Below are positions 46,860 through 54,996 of a stretch of 64,000 bases of DNA, piece by piece (position 1 is the stretch's first letter; every line of letters begins with the position of its first letter). Source of the stretch: Clostridia bacterium (GTDB taxonomy: Bacteria > Bacillota > Clostridia > Christensenellales > Borkfalkiaceae); contig JAFWBT010000019.1 in NCBI GenBank assembly GCA_017507005.1, forward strand, positions 13,900 through 77,899, read 5' to 3'. Under the pieces are notes generated by a model. The model was given only the letters and a program-made list of their open reading frames with translations. It was not told the DNA's origin and made no database searches. The position numbers and the translations under genes are program-made.

Positions 46860-48179
46860 TTAGAAAGGCATACGGAACTTGCCTTTGTTGCCTTTGAGCT
46901 GTTTCATCAAAAGCTTCGTTTGCTCAAACTGTTTCAACAGCTGATTCACCTCTTGCACGCTCGTGCCGGAGCCCGCCGCGATACGGCGTTTTCTCTTGCT
47001 GTCGATAATCGAGGGATTGTCACGCTCTTGCATCGTCATAGAAAGAATAATCGCCTTCGTACGCTCGATACGCTTTTCGTCGATGTCCCCGTCGCTTACC
47101 TTCAGCTTGCCAGCCCCGGGCAACATCGAGAGCATTGCCGATGCGCCGCCCATCTTTTTCATCATCGAAAACTGTTCGAGATAATCGTTGAGGGTAAAGC
47201 TGTTCGCCAGCATTTTCTTTTGCATTTTTTTTGCGTCTTCTTCGGTGATTGCCTGCTGTGCCTTTTCAATCAGCGACAGCACGTCGCCCATACCGAGAAT
47301 TCTCGACGCCATACGCTCGGGATAGAACGGCTCGAGGTCGGTCAATTTTTCACCGACACCTATAAACTTGATAGGTTTCCCCGTCACCGCCTTAATCGAA
47401 AGACAAGCGCCGCCACGCGTATCGCCGTCCAGCTTCGTCAAGATGACGCCCGTCACGTCCAAACGTGTATTGAAAGTTTCCGCGACGTTCACCGCTTCCT
47501 GCCCCGTCATGGCGTCCACGACGAGCAACGTTTCCGTTACGTCCACTTCTTTTTTGATATTTTCCAGCTCTTGCATCAGCGTTTCGTCAATCTGCAACCG
47601 ACCTGCCGTATCCAAAACAACCGTGTCGTAATTTCTCGAACGTGCGTATTCAATCGCCTCTTTCGCCGTCTTTACGGGGCTTTGCGTGCCACGCTCGAAC
47701 ACCTCGACCTTGGCGTTGTTGCCCACCACTTGCAGCTGGGTAATCGCCGCAGGGCGGTAGATATCCCCTGCCACCAGCAAGGGGCGTTTGCCTTGTTTTT
47801 GCAGTTGCAAAGCAAGCTTTCCGCACAGCGTCGTTTTACCTGCGCCTTGCAGACCGCACATCATTATCACTGTCGGCAGCTTTGGCGATACCTCTAATTT
47901 CGCGTTCTTCGCACCCATGAGGTTGATCAGCTCTTCGTTGACGATTTTGATAACCTGCTGCGCCGGATTGAGCGAGGACAAAATCTCTTGCCCTACCGCC
48001 TTTTCCGAAACGTCCGCAATGAACTGTTTTGCCACCTTCAAGTTGACGTCTGCTTCCAGCAAAGCCACGCGCACCTCGCGCATCGCCGTACGAATTTCTA
48101 ATTCCGTCAGCTTGCCGCGTTTCGTCAGCTTTGAAAATATATGATTCAATCTTTCCGATAATCCACCGAATAAAGCCAT
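46860..48179 (-). CDS. ffh: Signal recognition particle protein Ffh
   Basis: MALFGGLSERL, GLQGAGKTT, DTAGR, and a Met-rich M domain. Confidence 0.95.
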   Translation of the reverse strand: MALFGGLSERLNHIFSKLTKRGKLTELEIRTAMREVRVALLEADVNLKVAKQFIADVSEKAVGQEILSSLNPAQQVIKIVNEELINLMGAKNAKLEVSPKLPTVIMMCGLQGAGKTTLCGKLALQLQKQGKRPLLVAGDIYRPAAITQLQVVGNNAKVEVFERGTQSPVKTAKEAIEYARSRNYDTVVLDTAGRLQIDETLMQELENIKKEVDVTETLLVVDAMTGQEAVNVAETFNTRLDVTGVILTKLDGDTRGGACLSIKAVTGKPIKFIGVGEKLTDLEPFYPERMASRILGMGDVLSLIEKAQQAITEEDAKKMQKKMLANSFTLNDYLEQFSMMKKMGGASAMLSMLPGAGKLKVSDGDIDEKRIERTKAIILSMTMQERDNPSIIDSKRKRRIAAGSGTSVQEVNQLLKQFEQTKLLMKQLKGNKGKFRMPF

Positions 48180-48202
48180 TGACTACTCCTTATTCCCCAT
48201 CG

Positions 48203-48637
48203 TCAGTCCTCGTCGCGAAACGCCTTGCCGACAATCTCTCCGCCGTCCACGTACGTACGCTCTGCACCTGCGCTATCCTGCGCCTCGTTCAACTTTGTTT
48301 TTAGCTCGTCCAAGCTCGCCAAAGCCGTCGGATTGTTCGCATTGCTTTCACGTTGCTGTTCTATCCAACGCCCGACGATGGTCATATACTGTGAATATTC
48401 ACGCGATACGTCGTCCAAAGCCTTTAAAAAACGGAGCTTTTCCTCGTACGTTTCCAGCTGTTTTCTGCATTTGTGCAGGCAATCGGAAACGCTCTGACGG
48501 GAAACGCCTTTCTGTTCGGCTATCTCACCCAAAGAAAGGTCGTAATTGAAATACAGGTCGGTAATCTCTCGTTGCGTCGCCGTAAGCAGAGGCGAATACA
48601 AATCCCAGAGCCGAAGAAACTGCAAATCGTCTTTCAT
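48203..48637 (-). CDS. ylxM: YlxM-like (UPF0122) putative DNA-binding protein with a C-terminal extension
   Basis: LYSPLLTATQREITDLYFNYDLSLGEIAE..GVSRQSVSD. Lies upstream of ffh as is usual. About 35 extra C-terminal residues. Confidence 0.8.
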   Translation of the reverse strand: MKDDLQFLRLWDLYSPLLTATQREITDLYFNYDLSLGEIAEQKGVSRQSVSDCLHKCRKQLETYEEKLRFLKALDDVSREYSQYMTIVGRWIEQQRESNANNPTALASLDELKTKLNEAQDSAGAERTYVDGGEIVGKAFRDED

Positions 48638-48667
48638 TTCTCCCCTCCTACCCATTTTCCGTACTCC

Positions 48668-48715
48668 ATTATACACGTAAAAAATAGGAGTGTCAAGCAA
48701 AAATACTTGACACTC
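48668..48715 (-). promoter_or_regulatory. Consensus promoter of the ylxM-ffh-rpsP operon, interlocked with the rseP terminator hairpin
   Basis: Minus strand TTGACA (48691-48696), 17 nt spacer, TATAAT (48668-48673). The -35 lies in the 3' arm of the 10-bp hairpin GAGTGTCAAG / CTTGACACTC (48688-48715). Confidence 0.65.
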
Positions 48716-48780
48716 TGAAATTTTTTTATATTTTTTGCATTTTTTTCGGGATATTTTTTATGAGGCTACATAATAAGGCA

Positions 48781-50088
48781 TTATAAAATGAAATGCAAAA
48801 CGTCGACGAGGATTGCAAACCCGAACAGCGCGATAATCCCGATAAAGTGAATCATTGTTTCCACCTTGCGATTGACGGGCTTTTTCCGTATCCACTCGAT
48901 AATGCAGAAAATCACCTTACAGCCGTCGAGGGCAGGGATAGGCAACAAATTAAACACGGCGAGGTTTACGCCGATAAACGCGGCAATATTGAGGAAGGAA
49001 TACACGCTCATCGTTGCCGCCTGCGACGTCACTTGTATCGTCGTAACGGGGCCGCCCATTGACGTAATCGCCATTTTACCCGTCAACAGCTCGCCCAAGC
49101 TACGCAGCACCGTGCCACCGATTTTCCACGAATACACGAACGCCGAGCCTATCGTATCGAAAAAGCTTTCCTTTACCAAAATGCCGCCGAACACGTAGTT
49201 TTGCGAATCCAAGCCAAGCGCCTGATAAGCAGGGGCAAGGTCGGTCATATTCTTAAAATTGCAATCGACGGAAAGAACGATATCCAACGTTTTCGTCTGC
49301 CAACCGTTTTCCTCTTTCCGCAAGATTTCCACGCGCACGCTTTCGCCTGCTTTTTTACCCGACAGGATATCCACGTAATCAGTGGACATATAGATATCTT
49401 TATCGTTGATAGAAAGGACGATATCGTTCGCCGAAAGCATCGTTTCCGACGTAATCGGCGGCGCGCCCTCGCCTACGTACGCCACGTACGAGTGGATACT
49501 GCCGTAACAGCCGAACATAATCAAAAGCAACAACAGCGCTAAAAGATAGTTCATCGTCGCGCCCGCAATCAATACGATAATGCGTTTCCAAGGCGGCTGA
49601 TCGTTAAAACGCTCGCCTTTCGGCTCGGGATATTCCGTCTCTTCTTTTTTTGTTTTTTTCTCGTGTTCTTTGCTCGCGTCCACAGCGACGTTTTCATCGT
49701 TCGTCGCGGACATGCCCCCGTCGTTTTGCGTTTTTTCGTTCGCATTAGGGTATTCGGAAAACGGCTCTTCCTCGTCCGTTTCTTCTTCCTTTTTTACGGC
49801 ATTTTCGTCCGTTTCGTCCTCGTATTCGTCCTCGCCGTCAAAGGCGCAATAGCCGCCCAAAGGAATACAGCGCAAAGCGAACAATTCGCCCGTTTTCTTA
49901 CTGCGTTTTTTAAAAATCGCAGGCCCGAAACCAACGGCAAATTCGTTGATTTTAAAACCGAGCGCTTTGCCTGCGACGTAATGCCCAAATTCGTGTATCG
50001 TTACCATAGCGAGCAATATCGCCACGGCAAGCACGATGCCGCCTATGCTCCGTAATATTCCCGATGCTAATATATTCGTCAAAACCAA
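48781..50088 (-). CDS. rseP: RIP site-2 metalloprotease RseP/RasP with a long acidic loop insertion
   Basis: HEFGHY, PDZ-like middle, C-terminal NLLPIPALDG. Roughly 75-aa Asp/Glu/Lys-rich segment after IPLGGY. Confidence 0.9.
   Translation of the reverse strand: MVLTNILASGILRSIGGIVLAVAILLAMVTIHEFGHYVAGKALGFKINEFAVGFGPAIFKKRSKKTGELFALRCIPLGGYCAFDGEDEYEDETDENAVKKEEETDEEEPFSEYPNANEKTQNDGGMSATNDENVAVDASKEHEKKTKKEETEYPEPKGERFNDQPPWKRIIVLIAGATMNYLLALLLLLIMFGCYGSIHSYVAYVGEGAPPITSETMLSANDIVLSINDKDIYMSTDYVDILSGKKAGESVRVEILRKEENGWQTKTLDIVLSVDCNFKNMTDLAPAYQALGLDSQNYVFGGILVKESFFDTIGSAFVYSWKIGGTVLRSLGELLTGKMAITSMGGPVTTIQVTSQAATMSVYSFLNIAAFIGVNLAVFNLLPIPALDGCKVIFCIIEWIRKKPVNRKVETMIHFIGIIALFGFAILVDVLHFIL
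49691..49736 (-). repeat. Dispersed repeat family, full-length in-frame copy inside rseP
   Basis: Minus strand AAAACGACGGGGGCATGTCCGCGACGAACGATGAAAA. The 5' arm matches copy d at 15 of 17 positions and the core matches the permease copy at 16 of 17. Encodes QNDGGMSATNDEN. Confidence 0.75.
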
Positions 50089-50176
50089 CTCTTTCTACCC
50101 TCTCGTTATTTATTCCGCATTGCCGCGCCATTCCGATATTTCGACGTTTCGTTGTTTCGTGTTCGTCCGCGCGGGA

Positions 50177-51322
50177 TTATTTGCCCTGAATATACTCGTT
50201 CGCCAAGGCGCGCGCACGCAAATCCGTCGCCAGCAACGTTTCGTAATCGCGCACGGGCGCGCGTTCCGTCTTTTTGAGCGCCTCTTCGATAGTGTTCGCA
50301 ATCTCGGTGAAAGCTATCCGTTCTTCCAAAAAGGCGCGCACCGCCACTTCTCCCGCGCCGTTGAGCGCACAGGCGTAATTGTCGCCAAGCTCCGCCGCGT
50401 ACAGCGCCATATCGTAGCAAGGGAAACGTTTTCGCTCCAACGGCAAAAACCGTATCGAGCCAAGCGTTTCAAAATCCATAGGCTTCAAGCCGCAATCGTA
50501 TCTATCGGGATAGGTGAGCGCGAGCTGGATAGGCAGCTCCATCGACGGATAGCTCATCTGCGCCAAAACACAGCCGTCGTCAAATTCCACCATAGAGTGG
50601 ATAATGCTCTCGGGTTGTACGAGGGTGTGGATTTTAGACAAGGGCGCGTCGTACAGCCATTTCGCCTCAATCACCTCAAAACCCTTATTCAACAGCGTCG
50701 CGCTATCAATCGTAATCTTTGCGCCCATCTGCCACGTAGGATGTTTCAACGCGGACATGGGTGTCACGTTTTGTAATTGTTCCGCCGTATACGAATAGAA
50801 AGGACCACCGCTCGCCGTGATAATCAGCCGCCGAAAAGGCGCGTCCGCACGGAAATGCAACGCCTGCCAAAGCGCGGAATGCTCACTATCCACGGGCATT
50901 AAATCGAGCTGTTTTTCTTTGATTTTGCCCATAACAAGCTCGCCGCCGCAAACGAGCGTTTCCTTATTCGCCAGCGCAATCGGTTTATTTTCTTCAATCG
51001 CCCTAAGGGAATATTTCAAGCCCGCAAAGCCCGTCGCCGCCACGAACGCGATATCGCCGTAGGAAATCGCTTCTTCCGCCGCTTTTTCACCGTAGGCAAA
51101 TTTTACACCGTCGGGAATCTCCCCTGCGATACGTTTCCCTACGCTTTCGTCAACGAGCGCCGCGTACTCGGGGCGAAACTCGTTCACCTGCTGTAAAAAA
51201 ACTTCCGCAGAAGAATTTGCCACAAGGCTGCGTATTTTAAATTTATCGGGGTGTCGACGCGCCACCGAACAGACCTGCCGTCCAATCGAGCCCGTCGAGC
51301 CGATAAGAGCTATATTTTTCAT
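50177..51322 (-). CDS. dxr: 1-deoxy-D-xylulose 5-phosphate reductoisomerase
   Basis: GSTGSIG, LANKE, ALKHPTWQMGAKITIDSATLLNKG. Confidence 0.95.
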   Translation of the reverse strand: MKNIALIGSTGSIGRQVCSVARRHPDKFKIRSLVANSSAEVFLQQVNEFRPEYAALVDESVGKRIAGEIPDGVKFAYGEKAAEEAISYGDIAFVAATGFAGLKYSLRAIEENKPIALANKETLVCGGELVMGKIKEKQLDLMPVDSEHSALWQALHFRADAPFRRLIITASGGPFYSYTAEQLQNVTPMSALKHPTWQMGAKITIDSATLLNKGFEVIEAKWLYDAPLSKIHTLVQPESIIHSMVEFDDGCVLAQMSYPSMELPIQLALTYPDRYDCGLKPMDFETLGSIRFLPLERKRFPCYDMALYAAELGDNYACALNGAGEVAVRAFLEERIAFTEIANTIEEALKKTERAPVRDYETLLATDLRARALANEYIQGK

Positions 51323-51425
51323 GTGTTATCCTCGTAAACTCCGCGTCAAATCCCGCGCGTTTTCACCTTGCGTTTTTAGCCTTGCGTATAATTCGTAGCA
51401 TACGAATATCCCACGCAGCAAGGTA

Positions 51426-52313
51426 TTATATCATCATATATACTAGCGTAAACGCCGCGTACGTCACAATTGTCGCAAACAGCGTACCGTCAATACGGTC
51501 GAGCACGCCGCCGTGCCCGGGCATAATCTTGCCCATGTCTTTAATGCCGACTTTGCGTTTGATACAGCTTTCGATAAGGTCGCCAAACTCCGTCGCCACC
51601 GCGCCGAGCAGACCGATATTGATATACACCGTCAGCCAAATACCCATATTTTCGTACGAGCCAACCGTCGCGCCGTAGATAAAATACAACGCTACCGCGC
51701 CGAGCACGCCGCCCACCAAGCCGCCAACGCCGCCAATCACCGTTTTGTTGGGGCTAATCGTAGGCGCCATTTTAGCAGGCAGGTATTTTTTAAACGAGCA
51801 ACCGAACACGTATGCAATGGAATCGGCGCAAGGCGATACCACGAATACGAATAAAATCAACAGTCTTGAATCGAACGCTACGTTTTCCAACGCAGGCGGA
51901 CAAACAAGATGATTGCCTAAAACGAGCAACGTCAACAACAGCGTCGGGTACACTGCCGCCAATAAAGCCGAGCCGATACTCTCCAACGTCGTGTTTTCGT
52001 GGTCGGCAACCAGCAATGCCAACAACGCAATCGCCAACAAGAACGTACAGCCCCACGTCGCCTCAACGCCCCAACTGCGGTAATATTGCAACAGCGCGCA
52101 GGCAGGTATACAAACGATAGCGAACGCATACACCACGCCGCGCTCCGCTTTCGTCACTCTCTCACCCAACGCGCGCAACATTTCGTACGTGCCAATCAGC
52201 GCGAACGCGTACACGAGCACGTCAAAACAAAAATCGTGCACGAACGCCTTTAAACAATAGAACGCTATCAAAATCGCTACGTAGCAAGACCCTGATATCA
52301 ATCGAATTTTCAT
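51426..52313 (-). CDS. cdsA: Phosphatidate cytidylyltransferase
   Basis: C-terminal signature SCIKRKVGIKDMGKIMPGHGGVLDRIDG. Start chosen at the ATG at 52313 (MKIRLISG); the ORF-track start at 52400 is less likely. Confidence 0.85.
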   Translation of the reverse strand: MKIRLISGSCYVAILIAFYCLKAFVHDFCFDVLVYAFALIGTYEMLRALGERVTKAERGVVYAFAIVCIPACALLQYYRSWGVEATWGCTFLLAIALLALLVADHENTTLESIGSALLAAVYPTLLLTLLVLGNHLVCPPALENVAFDSRLLILFVFVVSPCADSIAYVFGCSFKKYLPAKMAPTISPNKTVIGGVGGLVGGVLGAVALYFIYGATVGSYENMGIWLTVYINIGLLGAVATEFGDLIESCIKRKVGIKDMGKIMPGHGGVLDRIDGTLFATIVTYAAFTLVYMMI

Positions 52314-52460
52314 AGCCGTATAATCCTTTTTCTTTAATAAACGTAGTATAATAAACGTCAAAAACACAAAAACGCGCCGATACGCATAAAAAACCGACAC
52401 ACCGTTTTTTTCTTTCGTGCAACGATTCTTTTCGTACGTTCGCGTTCATGCGCTACGAGC

Positions 52461-52510
52461 GGAAGAAAACGCCGTCAACGCAGACATGCCCCTTCCATTT
52501 CTCGTTTTTT
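52461..52510 (-). repeat. Dispersed repeat family, copy e (starts at the uppS stop codon)
   Basis: Minus strand TAAAAAAACGAGAAATGGAAGGGGCATGTCTGCGTTGACGGCGTTTTCTTCC. GGAAG and CTTCC can close a stem. Confidence 0.85.
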
Positions 52511-53232
52511 TATAATTGTTCGTCCGTTTTTCCAAAACGACGCGTGCGCTTGGAAAACCACAAAATTGCCCTGTCAAGCTCCTTATCCGAAAAATCGGGA
52601 AACATTTTCTCGGAAAAATACAGCTCGGCATACGCCGCTTGATACAACAAAAAGTTTGAAAGGCGCACCTCTTTGCCCGTACGGATAATGAGGTCGGGAT
52701 CTGGCTGACCGCTTGTATACAGCAAAGCCGACAAACCGTTCTCGTCCACCTTTTCGCCCTTTTCCACGGCAATATTCACCGCCCGAACAAGCTCGTCACG
52801 CGCACCGTAGCACACCGCGACGTTGATGCCCTTGCCCTCGTATTGCAGCGTCGATTCTTCCGCTTCGTGTAAAATTTGTTGCAAATCCTCAGGCAATAAG
52901 GAGATATCACCGATTGCGCGGAGCCGCACTCCTCTCTCGCACACCCGTCCAAAATACTGTTTGAAATGGTTGCGAAAGAGATTGAACAAGCCGTCTAGCT
53001 CCTCTTTCGGGCGTTTGAGATTTTCGGTGGAGAGCGCGTAGACGGTGATATATTCCACACCCAGCTCGAAAGCGCGCTCCATCAGCCCTATCATACGCTC
53101 CATGCCCATTTTATGGCCGTAGGAGCGGGGCATCATACGTTTTTTCGCCCAACGCCCGTTCCCGTCCATAATGATTGCGATATGGCGGGGAATTTTACCC
53201 TCCGCTTTTTTAATGAGAGCCTCTTTTTGCAT
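52510..53232 (-). CDS. uppS: Isoprenyl transferase (undecaprenyl diphosphate synthase)
   Basis: HIAIIMDGNGRWA, YALSTENLKRP, RTGKEVRLSNFLLYQAAYAELYF. Confidence 0.95.
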   Translation of the reverse strand: MQKEALIKKAEGKIPRHIAIIMDGNGRWAKKRMMPRSYGHKMGMERMIGLMERAFELGVEYITVYALSTENLKRPKEELDGLFNLFRNHFKQYFGRVCERGVRLRAIGDISLLPEDLQQILHEAEESTLQYEGKGINVAVCYGARDELVRAVNIAVEKGEKVDENGLSALLYTSGQPDPDLIIRTGKEVRLSNFLLYQAAYAELYFSEKMFPDFSDKELDRAILWFSKRTRRFGKTDEQL

Positions 53233-53235
53233 AAT

Positions 53236-53808
53236 TTATACGGACATCAAATCCTTTTCTTTAGCTGCAATAATGCTTTCCAACTTGCTCATATAGCCCG
53301 ACACCGCTTTTTCAACGTCTGCTTCGCAGCTTGCGATTTCGTCTTCGGACAATTCTTTCGCCGTCTTCATCTTCTTCAAAAGGTCCATAGCGTCGCGGCG
53401 GTGATTACGGATTGCCACCTTGGAATCCTCGCCCATTTTCTTCGCCTGCTTTACCAGTTCTTTTCTGCGTTCTTCCGTCATTACGGGGAACACAAGACGA
53501 ATCACCTGACCGTCGTTCGTAGGCGTAATACCGATATTCGATTGCAAAATCGCCTTTTCTACCGCTTTGAGCAGCGATTTGTCCCAAAGGGAAATCTGCA
53601 AACAACGCGCGTCGAGCGCAGAAATGTTACCCAACTCAATCAGCTTGCTCATGCCGCCGTAAGCTTCCACCTCGATACGGTCGAGAATACGAGGGTTTGC
53701 TCTGCCCGTACGCAATGCGCCGTATTCGTTATCCAATGCGTTAATCGTCTTTTCGGATTTTTCTTCCAATTCCAACATCATTTCTTCAATCTTTTCGTTT
53801 TCAATCAT
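53236..53808 (-). CDS. frr: Ribosome recycling factor
   Basis: LRTGRANPRILDRIEVEAYG...PVMTEERRKELVK. Confidence 0.95.
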   Translation of the reverse strand: MIENEKIEEMMLELEEKSEKTINALDNEYGALRTGRANPRILDRIEVEAYGGMSKLIELGNISALDARCLQISLWDKSLLKAVEKAILQSNIGITPTNDGQVIRLVFPVMTEERRKELVKQAKKMGEDSKVAIRNHRRDAMDLLKKMKTAKELSEDEIASCEADVEKAVSGYMSKLESIIAAKEKDLMSV

Positions 53809-53922
53809 TATTGTATTCTCCTACTGCTATTTTTATTTGATTTTATCTGAAATTTCCACGCGAACCATAGCCGCGTTTTTCTTTGACTATTTTTAGCCTA
53901 TCTTTTGCCTATTTTAAGGCTA

Positions 53923-54630
53923 TTAAACGGTGATAATCGTGCCCAATTCTTCACCGCACACCGCGCGCACGATAGAATTTTCTTCGTTAAGCCCAAATGC
54001 GAGCGTCGGCACGTCGTTTTCCATACACATCGTCGCCGCCGTAAAGTCGATCACTTTCAAGCCGCGGTTGATAATGTCGGCGTATTTGAGGCTCTCGTAT
54101 TTCTTTGCAAAAGGGTTGGTTTTGGGGTCGGAATCGTAAATGCCGTCCACGTTCTTTGCCATCAGCAGGATATCCGCGTCGATTTCACACGCGCGAAGCG
54201 CCGCCGCCGTATCTGTCGAGCAATAGGGATTGCCCGTACCACAAGCGAAAATAACGATTCTGCCCTGCTCGAAATGGCGAATAGCTTTACGCAGAATAAA
54301 AGGCTCTGCCAAAGACACCATACTCAACGCCGTCTGCACGCGTACGGGTACGCCGCGCTGTTCAATAGCGTCCATCATCGCAAGCGAATTCATTACCGTT
54401 GCCAACATACCCATATGGTCTGCCGTCGTGCGGTCCATATTCGTGCCCTGTCTGCCACGCCAGAAATTGCCGCCGCCGATTACAAGCCCGACCTGCACAC
54501 CCATGTTATGGATTTGTACGATTTGTTCCACAACCGGCTCGATTACCTCGTGATTAAGACCAAAACGCTGATCGCCTGCCAACGCTTCACCCGAAAGCTT
54601 GAGCAGCACTCTTTTGTATTTAGGCTCCAT
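53923..54630 (-). CDS. pyrH: UMP kinase
   Basis: YKRVLLKLSGEAL, VIGGGNFWRG, TDTAAALRA. Confidence 0.95.
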   Translation of the reverse strand: MEPKYKRVLLKLSGEALAGDQRFGLNHEVIEPVVEQIVQIHNMGVQVGLVIGGGNFWRGRQGTNMDRTTADHMGMLATVMNSLAMMDAIEQRGVPVRVQTALSMVSLAEPFILRKAIRHFEQGRIVIFACGTGNPYCSTDTAAALRACEIDADILLMAKNVDGIYDSDPKTNPFAKKYESLKYADIINRGLKVIDFTAATMCMENDVPTLAFGLNEENSIVRAVCGEELGTIITV

Positions 54631-54886
54631 AATTTTCCTCCGTTAGAACATTTTTTATCTATTTTACCTATTATAGCATATTTCTCAAAAGAAAGCTATA
54701 CTATTTAGAAAAAAAGTCGGTAAAATTGCAGAATTTTTTTCCAAAAAACGGATATTTTTCTTCCCAAAAATCCTTTTTAGCTTTTTTCGAGCCTTTTCGA
54801 CGTATTTTTCGTCCTATTTTTAATCCCTTTATTCCTCTTTTGCCCTTTTCTTTTCTATATATTTTCAGCCGAATATGCCTTTAACC

Positions 54887-54930
54887 AAAAAAACGCCCTC
54901 TTGCAAGCCAAAACGCCTTGCAAGAGGGGG
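54887..54930 (-). terminator. uvrA intrinsic terminator
   Basis: CCCTCTTGCAAG / CTTGCAAGAGGG 12-bp stem. On the minus strand it is followed by CGTTTTTTT. Confidence 0.75.
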
Positions 54931-54945
54931 TTCATTTTTCTTTAT

Positions 54946-54990
54946 AAAACGCGTTCAACGCAGACATGGTAGCCCCATTTTACGTTTTTT
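54946..54990 (-). repeat. Dispersed repeat family, copy f (between the uvrA stop and its terminator)
   Basis: Minus strand AAAAAAACGTAAAATGGGGCTACCATGTCTGCGTTGAACGCGTTTT. Confidence 0.9.
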
Positions 54991-54996
54991 TGTTCG

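Noticed and set aside
50736-50765. The dxr coding sequence TTCAACGCGGACATGG matches the repeat core (copy f) at 15 of 16 positions.
   Set aside because: It encodes part of the Dxr segment ...MSALKHPTWQMG..., whose ALKHP.W.MG portion I recall as conserved, so it cannot be an insertion. Similarity outside the 16-mer is weak (about 22 of 32). I treat it as coincidence or convergent sequence and do not count it as a family member.
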